Shown here: one piece after another, positions 46,055 through 55,896 of the stretch
Layout: each line of letters starts with the position of its first letter
How positions within the stretch are numbered: position 1 is the first letter of the stretch
Origin: an uncultured delta proteobacterium
GTDB taxonomy: Bacteria > Myxococcota > Myxococcia > Myxococcales > Myxococcaceae
NCBI GenBank assembly: GCA_963713045.1
Contig: CAVQKE010000004.1
Coordinates: 416,001-480,000, forward strand
DNA: 64,000 nucleotides
Reading direction: 5' to 3'
Notes under the pieces: model-generated
The model's database searches: none
What the model was told of the DNA's origin: nothing
The model's input: only the letters and a program-made list of their open reading frames with translations
Translations under genes and position numbers: made by a program

Positions 46055-47113
46055 CTGTCTCTCCCCATCCATTTGGACGGCGCCGCCGGCGGCCAGACGC
46101 TGCGTACCGCACTGACGTTGTCACTCGTCACTGGGACTCCCGTGCATCTTCACGGCTTCCGGGCCAAACCGCCTTCGCCCGGGCTGCGTCCGCGGCACTT
46201 GGCCTTGCTGCGGGCGGCGGAAGCGGTGGGCGGAACGGCCGACGGCGCCACCCTCGGCGGGCTGGAGGTGGCCTTCGCGCCGGCGCCGGTGCGCAGCGGA
46301 GAATACGTCCTGGAGCTTGGGCCCACCGGGAGCGCCCCGCTGGTGTTTCAGATGCTGGCCTTCCCGCTGGCGCTGGCGGGCGGTGGGACGGTGCGGCTGC
46401 GGGGCCTGACCCACGCCCCACAGGGGACCTCCTACCACCACCTGGCCTGGGCCTGGCTGCCGATGGTGGCCGCCTACGGCTTGCGTGCTTCGCTGTCGCT
46501 GCTGCAAGCGGGCTTTTCACCGGACGGCGTCGGAGAATTTCGGGCCACGGTGGAGGCGATGGGACCGCCGCCCCTCCGCGTCGAAATTCCGGCGCGCGGA
46601 ACGCTGCATGACGTTGCCGTCCGTGCCTTGGTGGGCGGCCTGCCGTTTGAGGTGGCGGGGCGAGCCACCAGGGCCGCGGTCACCGCGCTCCGCGAGCGGG
46701 GCATTTACTGCAGCGCTGAAAACCTTCCTCTTCCCGTTGGCCGCACCGCCGGTTCGGTGGTTTTCATCCGGGCGCAGTTTGAAAACACCTTCGCCGCCTT
46801 TACCGTGGTGGGTGAACGCGGCGATGCCCCGGACGAAGTGGGGCTCCGCGCCGCTGGGGCCCTCTCGGCCTTCATGGAGTCGGCCGGCGCCCTCGACGAA
46901 CGGCTGGCCGACCAAATCCTGCTTCCGGCCGCCTTGCTGGCCGCCGGCGCGCTGGGCGCCGTCGACCCTGGTTCGACCCGCTTCACCACCGCCCGTGTGA
47001 CGCCGCACCTCGAGGCGACACGCGCGGTGGTGGAGCGCCTCCTTCCGGTGGAGGTGTCTGTCGAGGCGGGCGGCCGACTCGAAGTGCGCCCTCGGACGAC
47101 GGCCCGCCCATGA
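46055..47113 (+). CDS. rtcA: RNA 3'-terminal phosphate cyclase (start codon unclear)
   Basis: LDG..GGQTLRTALTLSLVTG, PGLRPRHL, TGS, GLTH, GF.PDG.G, LADQILLP, TPHL (catalytic His region). Confidence 0.85.
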   Translation: MSLPIHLDGAAGGQTLRTALTLSLVTGTPVHLHGFRAKPPSPGLRPRHLALLRAAEAVGGTADGATLGGLEVAFAPAPVRSGEYVLELGPTGSAPLVFQMLAFPLALAGGGTVRLRGLTHAPQGTSYHHLAWAWLPMVAAYGLRASLSLLQAGFSPDGVGEFRATVEAMGPPPLRVEIPARGTLHDVAVRALVGGLPFEVAGRATRAAVTALRERGIYCSAENLPLPVGRTAGSVVFIRAQFENTFAAFTVVGERGDAPDEVGLRAAGALSAFMESAGALDERLADQILLPAALLAAGALGAVDPGSTRFTTARVTPHLEATRAVVERLLPVEVSVEAGGRLEVRPRTTARP

Positions 47114-48801
47114 GGGCGTCCTTCACCGCACTGTGGAACCTGCTTTTCGCGCTCAGCCTGCTGGTGCGCATTCCGCTGCGGCTGCTCGCCCACCGCGCCG
47201 CCCCGGCCTACGTGCGTTTCCGGCTTCGCGGGGACCCGGCGTATCGCGCCAACCTCCGCCGACGCTGGCCCTGGCAACGCTCCGGCGCCGAGGTGCGCGA
47301 CCTTGGGTCCTTTCGCCAGGACCTGGAGCGACTGGCCCGGGACACCCGCGTCCGGGGAATTGTCTTGGAGGTGGCTGCGCTCAACATGTCGCCCGCCAAG
47401 CGCCTGCTGGTGGCGGGCTGGCTCGCGTCCTTCCGGGCGTCGGGCAAGGAAGTGGTGGGCTTCGCCGTCGCCCCGGGGAACGCCGAGTATGCGTTGCTCT
47501 GCTCGGCGAGCCGCCTTGTGCTGCCGCGGCCAGGGCGCCTTTCCTTGGACGGCTTTCTCTTGGAGGCGACGGCGGTCGGCAACGCCCTGGAACGGCTCGG
47601 CGTCCGCGCGGAATTCATCCGGCGGGGAGACTTCAAGACGGCGCCGGAGCTCTTCACCCGCAGCGACGTCTCCCCCAACCAGGAGGCCCTCATTCAGGAG
47701 TTGTTGGACGACCGCCACGCCGACCTTGTCGACGCGGTGGCACGTGGCCGCCGCGTCGAGCCGAGCGAGGCCGCTGCCCGGGTCGACCGCGGGCCTTACA
47801 GCGCCGAGCGCGCACTGGCGGCCGGCCTGGTGGATGCCCTTGCCGACGAGGCCGAGCTTCCCGCCCTGTTGGGGATGGCCAGCGGGCTGGACCGCGAGGG
47901 GCAGGTGCCGCCCTACTCGGCCTACCTGCGCTCCCTTCGTGTGCCGGCGGTGCACTGGGCGCGCCTCAGGCGCCGCCCGCGCCTGGCGGTGGTGCCCCTC
48001 AGCGGCGTGCTGGCCGACACCGACGGCGCCGTTCCGCGACCCTGGCCGGAGTTGGCTGGAGCCGAGACCCTGATGGCGGCGCTGCGTGCCTGCGCGCGGG
48101 ACAACCGCTGTCCGGCGGTGCTGCTGTACGTCAACAGCCCTGGGGGCAGTGCGCTCGCTTCCGAGCGCGTCGCCGACGAGGTGACGCGCTTGGCCCAACA
48201 CAAGCCGGTGCTGGCCTACACTGACCGCGTCTCAGCCAGTGGCGGCTATTTGGCCTCGCTGGGGGCGCGCGAGCTGTGGGCGGGCCCCCATGCCGTGGTG
48301 GGGAGCATCGGCGTCTTCGCTGGTAAATTCGACGCCCAGGCGCTCCTCCTCCGACTGGGCATCCACCGCACGGCCTACAGCCGAGGGGAGCATGCCGGCC
48401 TTGGCACGCTGACGCGGCCGCTGACCGCCGCAGAGCGCGACGCGCTCGAGCGGGAGGTGGAGGAGATGTACCAGCGGTTTGTGGGGCGCGTCGCGCGCAG
48501 CCGGAAAATGTCGACCGGCGACGTGCTGGCCCGCGCCGAGGGGCGTGTCTTCACCAGCCAACGGGCGTTGGCCGAAGGGCTGATTGACCGGTTGGGGACC
48601 TTCGAGGAAGCGGCGGCCCGCGCCTTGGAGTTGGCCGGAGTGCCCACCGCCGACTTCGAGCTGTCGGTGTACGGCATCCCGAAGCGTCGCCTCGGGCTGG
48701 CCGCCCTCCTTCCCCGACGTGCCCAGGTGGTGGCGCTGTGGTGGCCCTGGCTGACCGGGGACGGGCTTGGGGGAACCGAGGCCTTCGGAGCCAAGGCGTG
48801 A
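47110..48801 (+). CDS. sppA: Signal peptide peptidase SppA (S49, two-domain)
   Basis: GDFKTAPE (Lys), VNSPGGS, ASGGY (Ser), GSIGV, EGRVFT; ATGA overlap with rtcA. Confidence 0.88.
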   Translation: MRASFTALWNLLFALSLLVRIPLRLLAHRAAPAYVRFRLRGDPAYRANLRRRWPWQRSGAEVRDLGSFRQDLERLARDTRVRGIVLEVAALNMSPAKRLLVAGWLASFRASGKEVVGFAVAPGNAEYALLCSASRLVLPRPGRLSLDGFLLEATAVGNALERLGVRAEFIRRGDFKTAPELFTRSDVSPNQEALIQELLDDRHADLVDAVARGRRVEPSEAAARVDRGPYSAERALAAGLVDALADEAELPALLGMASGLDREGQVPPYSAYLRSLRVPAVHWARLRRRPRLAVVPLSGVLADTDGAVPRPWPELAGAETLMAALRACARDNRCPAVLLYVNSPGGSALASERVADEVTRLAQHKPVLAYTDRVSASGGYLASLGARELWAGPHAVVGSIGVFAGKFDAQALLLRLGIHRTAYSRGEHAGLGTLTRPLTAAERDALEREVEEMYQRFVGRVARSRKMSTGDVLARAEGRVFTSQRALAEGLIDRLGTFEEAAARALELAGVPTADFELSVYGIPKRRLGLAALLPRRAQVVALWWPWLTGDGLGGTEAFGAKA

Positions 48802-49370
48802 GGCGCTTCTTGGGGCGCTGGACAATGGTGGCTCTCCTGGCCTGCGCGACCCCCGGGCCGACGCCTCCCGCCGAGGCTTACGCGCGAGCGCTCCAAGCCG
48901 GCCAGCTCGACGCGGCGTACGCCCTCACCGCGCCGGCCTTCCGTGCCCAGGTCTCCGCTGACGCCTTCCGTGCGCGCTTTGCGGACCCCGCCGCTCGTCG
49001 CGCACGGGCGGCCGCCGTCCGAGACGGCCTTGACGCCTTGACGCGCTCGGCGCCGGAGCTCTTCGGCGCAGACCAGACGGAGGTCCCCGAAGCCGTCATT
49101 CTCCGCTTTGCCGCCGCGGTGCGAGCGGCCGACTTCGAGGAGGCCCGGCGGTGCCTGTCCGCTGAACTCCGTGCGCGGTACAGCCCAGAGCTACTGGCCC
49201 GGGACTTTCACGCCGAGCCGACCGCCGCCGAGCGCCTGGAGCGGGCGGTGGTGGCGGCGGAGGGCATTCCAACACAGGAGGCAAACCGCGTTCGCTTCCC
49301 ACTGCCGGGCGGCGGAGCCGTCGTCGTCCTGCGAGAGGCGGATGGCTGGAGGTTGGAAGCGCTGGAGTGA
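48798..49370 (+). CDS. Hypothetical lipoprotein with two NTF2-like repeats
   Basis: Lipobox LLAC; GTGA overlap; repeated AYAL..FRAQVS..F / ARRCLS.ELRARYS pattern; ends GWRL. Confidence 0.65.
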   Translation: MRRFLGRWTMVALLACATPGPTPPAEAYARALQAGQLDAAYALTAPAFRAQVSADAFRARFADPAARRARAAAVRDGLDALTRSAPELFGADQTEVPEAVILRFAAAVRAADFEEARRCLSAELRARYSPELLARDFHAEPTAAERLERAVVAAEGIPTQEANRVRFPLPGGGAVVVLREADGWRLEALE

Positions 49371-49470
49371 CCCGCCCGACGGCCGCCGTTACTTGACAGC
49401 CCAGCGGATGGACCCCCAGTGTGCCGGGCGCTTTCCCGGGACAGAGGTTTCGACAGGAGGTTTCAGCACG

Positions 49471-50544
49471 ATGGCAGTAACCGAGCAGGACGTGATGGCG
49501 GCGTTGGCCACGGTGATTGACCCGGAGCTCCACGTCAGTCTCGTCCAGGCCGGCATGGTGAAGGCCGTCAGCGTCGAGAACGGCCGGGTGCGGGCGAAAA
49601 TTGAGCTCACCACGCCCGCCTGCCCGATGAAGGCGAAAATTCAAGCCGACGCGGAGGCCGCCCTCAAAGCGGTGCCCGGAGTGACGGGACTCGACCTGGA
49701 ATGGGGGGCCCAGGTGCGTGCCGCCCCGCGCGGGCAAAACCCGATGCTTCCCCAAGTGAAGCACGTGGTGCTGGTGGGCGCGGGGAAGGGTGGGGTGGGA
49801 AAAAGCACGGTGGCCATCAATTTGGCAGCAGCGCTGGCGCAGTGTGGCGCGACGGTGGGCCTGCTCGACGCAGACTTTTACGGCCCGAGCATCCCGTTGA
49901 TGACCGGCCTCACCGAGAAAAAGCCGGTCAGTCCGGATGGAAAAAATTTGGAGCCGCTGGTGGCGTTCGGGATGAAGGTGATGTCCTTGGGATTCCTTGT
50001 CGAGCCGGACCAGGCCCTCATTTGGCGCGGTCCGATGTTGCACGGCGCCCTTCAGCAGCTGATGCGAGATGTGAATTGGGGGGCGCTCGACTACTTGGTG
50101 GTCGACTTGCCGCCTGGCACCGGCGACGTGGCCCTCACCATCTCCCAGTCCATTCGCTCATCCGGGGCGGTGCTGGTCACGACGCCGCAGGACGTGGCGC
50201 TGGCGGACGTGGTGCGGGCCAAACAGATGTTCGACAAGGTCCACATCCCCGTCCTCGGCATCGTCGAAAATATGAGCACCTTCTTCTGTCCGCACTGCCA
50301 GAAGGAGACGCCGATTTTTCACCACGGCGGAGGGCGTCGGGCAGCGGAGATGTTTGGCATTGCCTTTTTCGGGGAGATTCCTCTCGTCCTTTCGGTACGC
50401 GAAGGGGGAGATGCCGGCTGCCCGGTGGTGGTCGCTGCTCCCACCAGCCCTGAGGCCCAAGCCTTCATCGCCATGGCAAAAAACATCGCCGGGCGGGTGT
50501 CGGCGGAGACTGCGCGGCCACCGGCTGCGGCCAGCGCAGGTTGA
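49471..50544 (+). CDS. mrp: Mrp/ApbC/NBP35 Fe-S cluster carrier ATPase
   Basis: N-terminal DUF59 (DPEL..TTPACP), GKGGVGKST, WRGPM, DLPPGTGD, ENMS..CPHC; GGAGG RBS. Confidence 0.93.
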   Translation: MAVTEQDVMAALATVIDPELHVSLVQAGMVKAVSVENGRVRAKIELTTPACPMKAKIQADAEAALKAVPGVTGLDLEWGAQVRAAPRGQNPMLPQVKHVVLVGAGKGGVGKSTVAINLAAALAQCGATVGLLDADFYGPSIPLMTGLTEKKPVSPDGKNLEPLVAFGMKVMSLGFLVEPDQALIWRGPMLHGALQQLMRDVNWGALDYLVVDLPPGTGDVALTISQSIRSSGAVLVTTPQDVALADVVRAKQMFDKVHIPVLGIVENMSTFFCPHCQKETPIFHHGGGRRAAEMFGIAFFGEIPLVLSVREGGDAGCPVVVAAPTSPEAQAFIAMAKNIAGRVSAETARPPAAASAG

Positions 50545-50582
50545 GTGGGGCCGCTCTGCTAGGCTCCACCAGGGCAGATAGC

Positions 50583-51017
50583 GTGAATTCCAAAGACCCA
50601 CTCGACCTCGACGAGCCACTGGGCGACGTTCCGCCCCCGGCGCCGCTGTTGGGCCTTGTCCCAGAATTGATGCGCAAGGCTGCCTTCGCTGGCCTCGGTG
50701 CCCTGTTCATGACGGAAGAGGGACTTCGGCGGACCGCGGCGCAGATTCCCTTGCCCAAGGAGGCGCTCTCGGCGCTGATGGCGCAGGCCGAGCGCACCAA
50801 GGACGAGGTGACCCGGGTGTTGGCCGAAGAGTTGCGCCGCTTCCTCCACTCCGAAGGGTTGAAACGAGAGCTGTCTCAAATTTTTGCCGGGATGAGCGTC
50901 GAGGTGAAGGCCCGCATCCGTCTCGTTCCGGACGAGAAGGCCAGCCCGGCCAAGCGCCCTTCGGTGAAGGTGACGTCCGGGGCGCCCCGCCACCGGCGCC
51001 GTAAGTCAGAGGGATGA
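50583..51017 (+). CDS. Hypothetical protein, phasin-like N-terminal helix
   Basis: RKAAFAGLGALFMTEE motif; amphipathic helices; basic C-terminus. Confidence 0.6.
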   Translation: MNSKDPLDLDEPLGDVPPPAPLLGLVPELMRKAAFAGLGALFMTEEGLRRTAAQIPLPKEALSALMAQAERTKDEVTRVLAEELRRFLHSEGLKRELSQIFAGMSVEVKARIRLVPDEKASPAKRPSVKVTSGAPRHRRRKSEG

Positions 51018-51379
51018 AGGACGGGCTGCTTCGGCTGCCCTTCCTGCGCCGCGCGCCGCTGCTGCTCCTGGTGGTGGCCGGCGTTTTCCTGTGGCGCAGC
51101 GAGCTTTTCCCACAGCCGCGGACGCTGCTTTGGGAGTTGCCCGAGGCCGTCGACGTGACACGGGCCGAAGTCCAGCTATGGCAAGGCGACCGGCTGCTCG
51201 CCCGTGCCGAATGGCTATCCCATCCCCAAGGCCCACTGGTGCAGCGCCTCCAGCTACGCCCTGGACACTACCGCGCCCTGACGTTTCTCGAGCTGGCTGG
51301 AGGCAGTCGCGAGCAGCACAGCCAACAGCTGCAAGTTGCGTCGGAAGAGACGCTCCACCTGTCGGTGCGGCCGCGTTGA
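51014..51379 (+). CDS. Hypothetical membrane-anchored protein
   Basis: ATGA overlap; single N-terminal TM helix. Confidence 0.6.
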   Translation: MKDGLLRLPFLRRAPLLLLVVAGVFLWRSELFPQPRTLLWELPEAVDVTRAEVQLWQGDRLLARAEWLSHPQGPLVQRLQLRPGHYRALTFLELAGGSREQHSQQLQVASEETLHLSVRPR

Positions 51380-51448
51380 CCGGCCTCGGGCCACGGGCGT
51401 AAGAGGCGCGCGGCCCATCGCAGGGGCCCAAGAGAGGCGGCTGACGCC

Positions 51449-52297
51449 ATGGCGAATGAGCACGTGCTGGTGGTGGGTGCAGGGCAAATGGGGGCGGGCA
51501 TTGCCCAAGTCGCCCTGGGGGCAGGGTGCCGGGTGTCGCTGGTGGATGTCTCGGTCGAAGCGGTGGAGAAGGGCCTCGGCAGAATCCGCACCGGCTTCGC
51601 CAAGCTGCGCGACAAGGGCAAGCTGGACGCGGCCGCTGAAAGCGCCGCCCTGGGCCGGCTGGCCACCTTCACCGCGGTGCGCGAAGCCCGCGAGGTGGAC
51701 GTCGCCATCGAAGCCGTCACCGAGAATGAAGAACTCAAGAAGCGCATTTTTCAGGAGCTCGACGCCGTGGTGCGGCCCGGTGGCGTGCTTGCGACCAACA
51801 CCTCCTCCATCCCCATTACCCGCGTCGCCGCATCCATTCGCCGGCCGGAGGCGGTCATCGGAATGCACTTCATGAATCCGGTGCCCGTGATGCAGCTGGT
51901 GGAAATCATCCGGGGAGCGGCGACTTCGGAAGAGACCTACCAGCGCACCCGCCAGCTCGCCGAGCGGATGGGCAAGACGGTCGTCACCAGCCGAGACTTT
52001 CCAGGGTTCATCGTCAACCGGATTCTCATCCCGATGCTGAACGAGGCCGCCTATGCGTTGATGGAGGGCCTCGGGACGGCGGAGGACATCGACACCGCGA
52101 TGAAGCTCGGCACCAACCAGCCGATGGGACCACTGCAGCTCGCCGACTTCATCGGACTGGACACCGTCCTCTTCATCGCTGGGGTGATGCACCAGGGCCT
52201 CGGCGACCCGAAGTACCGTCCCTGTCCACTGCTGCGTCAGTATGTGGACGCCGGCTGGCTTGGCCGTAAGTCGGGCCGTGGCTTTTACCAGTACTAA
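51449..52297 (+). CDS. hbd: 3-hydroxybutyryl-CoA dehydrogenase
   Basis: VVGAGQMGAGIA, IEAV.E, NTSS, GMHFMNP, PGFIVNR, PMGPL. Confidence 0.92.
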   Translation: MANEHVLVVGAGQMGAGIAQVALGAGCRVSLVDVSVEAVEKGLGRIRTGFAKLRDKGKLDAAAESAALGRLATFTAVREAREVDVAIEAVTENEELKKRIFQELDAVVRPGGVLATNTSSIPITRVAASIRRPEAVIGMHFMNPVPVMQLVEIIRGAATSEETYQRTRQLAERMGKTVVTSRDFPGFIVNRILIPMLNEAAYALMEGLGTAEDIDTAMKLGTNQPMGPLQLADFIGLDTVLFIAGVMHQGLGDPKYRPCPLLRQYVDAGWLGRKSGRGFYQY

Positions 52298-52313
52298 AGA
52301 ATGAGACCTCGCC

Positions 52314-53096
52314 GTGATTGAACCCACCATCCGACTCGCCCTCGAGGGCACCACCGCCATCATCACGCTGGACCGGCCCAAGGCCCTCAATGCGCTGAAC
52401 ACCTCCACCCTGGAGCAGCTCGAAGAGACTCTCCAGGCGCTTGCCCAGAAGCCCGAGCTCCGGGGAGTGATTGTCACTGGGGCTGGAGAGAAGGCCTTCG
52501 TCGCCGGTGCGGACATCGCCGAAATGGTGAACCTCACCCTCGAGCAGGCGCTGGCCTTCGCCGCCCGTGGCCACCGGGTCTTCGATGCCCTGGAGCGCCT
52601 GCACTGTCCCACCCTGGCCGCGGTCAACGGCTTCGCCTTGGGCGGCGGCTGCGAGCTCGCCCTCGCCTGCGACCTCATCTACGCCTCGGACAACGCGAAG
52701 TTCGGGCTGCCGGAGGTTTCCCTGGGCATCATCCCCGGCTTCGGCGGCACCCAACGACTGAGTCGACTGGTGGGTGGCGCACGAGCCAAGGAGCTCATCT
52801 TCACCGGCGACATGGTGGACGCCGCCCGGGCCAAGGCCATCGGCCTGGCCCTCGACGTCGTCCCGGCCAGCCAGCTGCTTGCCCATTGCCACGCCGTGCT
52901 TGGCCGGATTGCCAAGAAAGGGCCCTTGGCGGTGGCCAAGGCCAAGCGCGTCATCGCCGAGGGAGCGGACCTACCGTTGGCCAAGGCCAACCAGCTCGAG
53001 CGGGACGCCTTTGCCAGCCTGTTTCAGTCGAGCGACCGCAGAGAGGGGATGAAGGCCTTCCTCGAGAAGCGTCCCGCTGTCTTCGGAGGCAGCTGA
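52314..53096 (+). CDS. Enoyl-CoA hydratase (crotonase)
   Basis: RPKALNAL, AFVAGADI, GGGCELA, PEVSLGIIPGFGG. Confidence 0.92.
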   Translation: MIEPTIRLALEGTTAIITLDRPKALNALNTSTLEQLEETLQALAQKPELRGVIVTGAGEKAFVAGADIAEMVNLTLEQALAFAARGHRVFDALERLHCPTLAAVNGFALGGGCELALACDLIYASDNAKFGLPEVSLGIIPGFGGTQRLSRLVGGARAKELIFTGDMVDAARAKAIGLALDVVPASQLLAHCHAVLGRIAKKGPLAVAKAKRVIAEGADLPLAKANQLERDAFASLFQSSDRREGMKAFLEKRPAVFGGS

Positions 53097-53159
53097 CGGC
53101 AAGGGCGCCGTCGACTTTCAGCCCTTCGGCCGCTAAGCACCCCAGGGGCGAGGAATGAA

Positions 53160-54302
53160 ATGAATTTTGAGCTGAACGAGCTGCAGCACCACGTCCAGCG
53201 GCTCTGCCGCGAGTTTGCGGCGCGCGAGCTCACCCCCCATGCACGGCAGTGGGATGAGGAACATCGCTTCCCAGCCGAGGCGGTGAAGCAGCTGGCCGAG
53301 TTGGCACTGCTCGGCGTCGCCGTTCCCGAAGCGTACGGTGGGGCCGGCCTGGACAACGTGGCCTACGCGGTCGCCATCGAAGAAATCAGCCGAGGCTGCG
53401 CTTCCACGGGCGTCATCCTCAGCGTCAACAACTCGCTCTACTGTGACCCGGTCCTCAAGTACGGCACCGAGGCCCAAAAGCAGACCTTCCTCGTCCCCTT
53501 TGCCCGCGGGGAGAAGCTGGGCTGCTTTGGGCTGACTGAGCCAGAGGCCGGCTCGGACGCGGCCGCCCAAAAGACGACTGCCGTCCGCAGGGCGCAAGGC
53601 TACGTCCTCAACGGCAGTAAGAATTGGATTACCAACGGCCCGGTCGCGGACGCGATTGTTCTCTTCGCGATGACCGACCGAGAGGCCGGCCACCGGGGCA
53701 TTTCCGCCTTTCTCGTCCCGACCGACACCCCGGGCTTCATCCGCGCCAAGCCGGACCGGAAAATGGGCATCTGCGCCGCTCCGTCGTGTTCCATCTTCTT
53801 CGAGGACTGCCGAGTGCCAGCCGAACACCTTCTCGGCAACGAGGGGGATGGCTTCAAGATTGCCATGTCCACCTTGGACGGCGGCCGCATCGGCATTGCT
53901 TCGCAGGCCATCGGCATCGCCCGCGCCGCCTTCGAGGAAGCGCGCGCCTATTCCCTTGAGCGAAAGACGTTTGGCCAACCCATTGCCCAACACCAAGCCA
54001 TCCAATTCATGCTGGCCGACATGGCGACTGAGCTCGACGCAGCTCGACTTCTCACCCGTCAGGCGGCCCAGCTGAAGGACGCGGGCGGACGACACTCCGC
54101 GGAGAGTGCCATGGCCAAGCTGTATGCCTCCGAGATGGCCAGCCGCGTCGCAAACAAGGCACTGCAAGTCTTCGGCGGTCAGGGGTACAGCAAAGAATTC
54201 GATGCCGAGCGACACGTCCGCGACGCGCGGATTACGGAAATTTACGAAGGGACGAGTGAGATTCAGCGGCTCGTCATTTCTGCGAATCTGCTGAGGGACT
54301 AA
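53160..54302 (+). CDS. Acyl-CoA dehydrogenase (short-chain type)
   Basis: FGLTEPEAGSDA, NGSKNWITN, LDGGRIGIA, EIYEGTSEIQR. Confidence 0.93.
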   Translation: MNFELNELQHHVQRLCREFAARELTPHARQWDEEHRFPAEAVKQLAELALLGVAVPEAYGGAGLDNVAYAVAIEEISRGCASTGVILSVNNSLYCDPVLKYGTEAQKQTFLVPFARGEKLGCFGLTEPEAGSDAAAQKTTAVRRAQGYVLNGSKNWITNGPVADAIVLFAMTDREAGHRGISAFLVPTDTPGFIRAKPDRKMGICAAPSCSIFFEDCRVPAEHLLGNEGDGFKIAMSTLDGGRIGIASQAIGIARAAFEEARAYSLERKTFGQPIAQHQAIQFMLADMATELDAARLLTRQAAQLKDAGGRHSAESAMAKLYASEMASRVANKALQVFGGQGYSKEFDAERHVRDARITEIYEGTSEIQRLVISANLLRD

Positions 54303-54319
54303 CCCCCCGGAGCCCGCCG

Positions 54320-54748
54320 ATGCTCTTGCCGTTGACATTGCTTGCCCTGACGCTGGCTGGCAGCTCCGACGCAGGGCCCCCGCCTTCGGACGCCCAAGCA
54401 CCTCCCAACACGCCAGCGCCAAAAGCGCTGGACGTCGCACAACTGCCCTTCACGCCCGATTCCATCGCCCAGGTGGTGCGCTTCCACCAGCCGGAAATTC
54501 AGGACTGCTACGAGAAGACGCTGGCCGCGCGACAAGAGAAGCTCCAGGGACGGTTGATGACCCACTTCGTCATTACGCCGTCGGGGAGCGTCACTGGAGC
54601 TCAGGTGGAAAAGCGGGGCACCACCCTCAAAGACAAGGAGCTGCACGCCTGTGTGGTGGGCGTCCTTGGCAAGCTGAAATTTCCCAAACCACCCGACGGG
54701 AAGAATCACCCAGTGGAATACCCCTTCAACCTCAAGCCCATCGACTAG
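54320..54748 (+). CDS. Exported AgmX/PglI C-terminal (TonB-C-like) domain protein
   Basis: Signal peptide; I..VVR....IQDCYE..L..G.L..F.I.PSG.V..C...L..FPKP..VEYPF. Confidence 0.75.
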   Translation: MLLPLTLLALTLAGSSDAGPPPSDAQAPPNTPAPKALDVAQLPFTPDSIAQVVRFHQPEIQDCYEKTLAARQEKLQGRLMTHFVITPSGSVTGAQVEKRGTTLKDKELHACVVGVLGKLKFPKPPDGKNHPVEYPFNLKPID

Positions 54749-54750
54749 CC

Positions 54751-55896
54751 ATGGACCTGGAGCTGAGCCACACCCAAGCCTTGGTCCGCCAGACGGCCCG
54801 CACCTTTGCCCAGGAGCGTGTGCAGCCTGGGGCGCGCGAGCGCGACCGGGAGGAGCGCTTTCCGGTGGACCTGCTGCGGGAGATGGCTGGCCTGGGGCTG
54901 ATGGGCGTTAACGTCCCCGCAGCCTACGGCGGAGCCGAGGCCGGTGCCGTTGCCTACGCGCTGGCGATGATGGAGATGGCCTCCGCCTGTGCCTCCACCG
55001 CCGTGGCCATGGCCGTCACCAACATGTGCGCCGAACTCATCTGCGCCTTTGGTACCGAGGAGCAAAAGCGCTCCTACGTCCCGCGGTTGGTTTCCGGCGA
55101 GGCAGTGGCCGGAGCCTTTGCCCTCTCTGAGCCGCAATGCGGAAGCGATGCTGCCGGACTGACCACCACTGCCGTCCGAAGGGGCAACGGCTGGGTCCTC
55201 AACGGCGCCAAGCAGTGGATTACATCCGGGGCCTACGCCGGAGTGATGGTGGTGTGGGCCCGCTCGGGTGGGCCGGGAAGCCAAGGGTTGTCCGCCTTCC
55301 TGGTCGAGGGTGGCACGCCGGGACTCCAGGTCGGACCGCCGGAAGACAAGCTCGGCCTGCGGGCATCCAACACCGTGCCGCTGGTCTTCGAAGACTGCGC
55401 GCTACCGGCCTCGGCGCTGCTGGGCAGGGAAGGGGAGGGCTTCAGGTTGGCGATGGTGGCGCTGGACGGTGGGCGGATTGGAATTGCTTCGCAGGCCTGT
55501 GGGGTCGCTCGGGCCGCCCTCGACGCGACGCTGCGCTACGTGCGCGAGCGACGTGCCTTCGGGAAGCACCTCGGCGAATTTCAAGCAGTGCGCTTCATGC
55601 TCGCCAACATCAGGACCGAGCTCAGCGCGGCCGAGGCGCTGACCCTCCGGGCCGCGTGGCTGAAGGAGCAGCAGCGGCCCTTCACCCAGGAGGCCTCGAT
55701 GGCAAAGCTGTTCGCGAGCGAGATGTCCAACCGGGCCTGCGACAAGGCGGTGCAGCTGCACGGAGGTTACGGCTACATCGACGAGTTTCCGGTGGAGCGC
55801 TACCTGAGGGACGCGCGCGTCCAGACCATCTACGAGGGAACGAGCGAGATTCAGCGGGTGGTCATCGCCCGCGAAGTCCTGCGGGCGGCGAGCTAA
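54751..55896 (+). CDS. Acyl-CoA dehydrogenase
   Basis: FALSEPQCGSDA, NGAKQWITS, LDGGRIGIA, TIYEGTSEIQR. Confidence 0.93.
   Translation: MDLELSHTQALVRQTARTFAQERVQPGARERDREERFPVDLLREMAGLGLMGVNVPAAYGGAEAGAVAYALAMMEMASACASTAVAMAVTNMCAELICAFGTEEQKRSYVPRLVSGEAVAGAFALSEPQCGSDAAGLTTTAVRRGNGWVLNGAKQWITSGAYAGVMVVWARSGGPGSQGLSAFLVEGGTPGLQVGPPEDKLGLRASNTVPLVFEDCALPASALLGREGEGFRLAMVALDGGRIGIASQACGVARAALDATLRYVRERRAFGKHLGEFQAVRFMLANIRTELSAAEALTLRAAWLKEQQRPFTQEASMAKLFASEMSNRACDKAVQLHGGYGYIDEFPVERYLRDARVQTIYEGTSEIQRVVIAREVLRAAS

Noticed and set aside
53155..53163. MK-stop micro-ORF overlapping the ACAD start; similar MRPRRD-stop at 52301-52321
   Set aside because: Easily produced by chance from A/G-rich RBS sequence; no supporting evidence.
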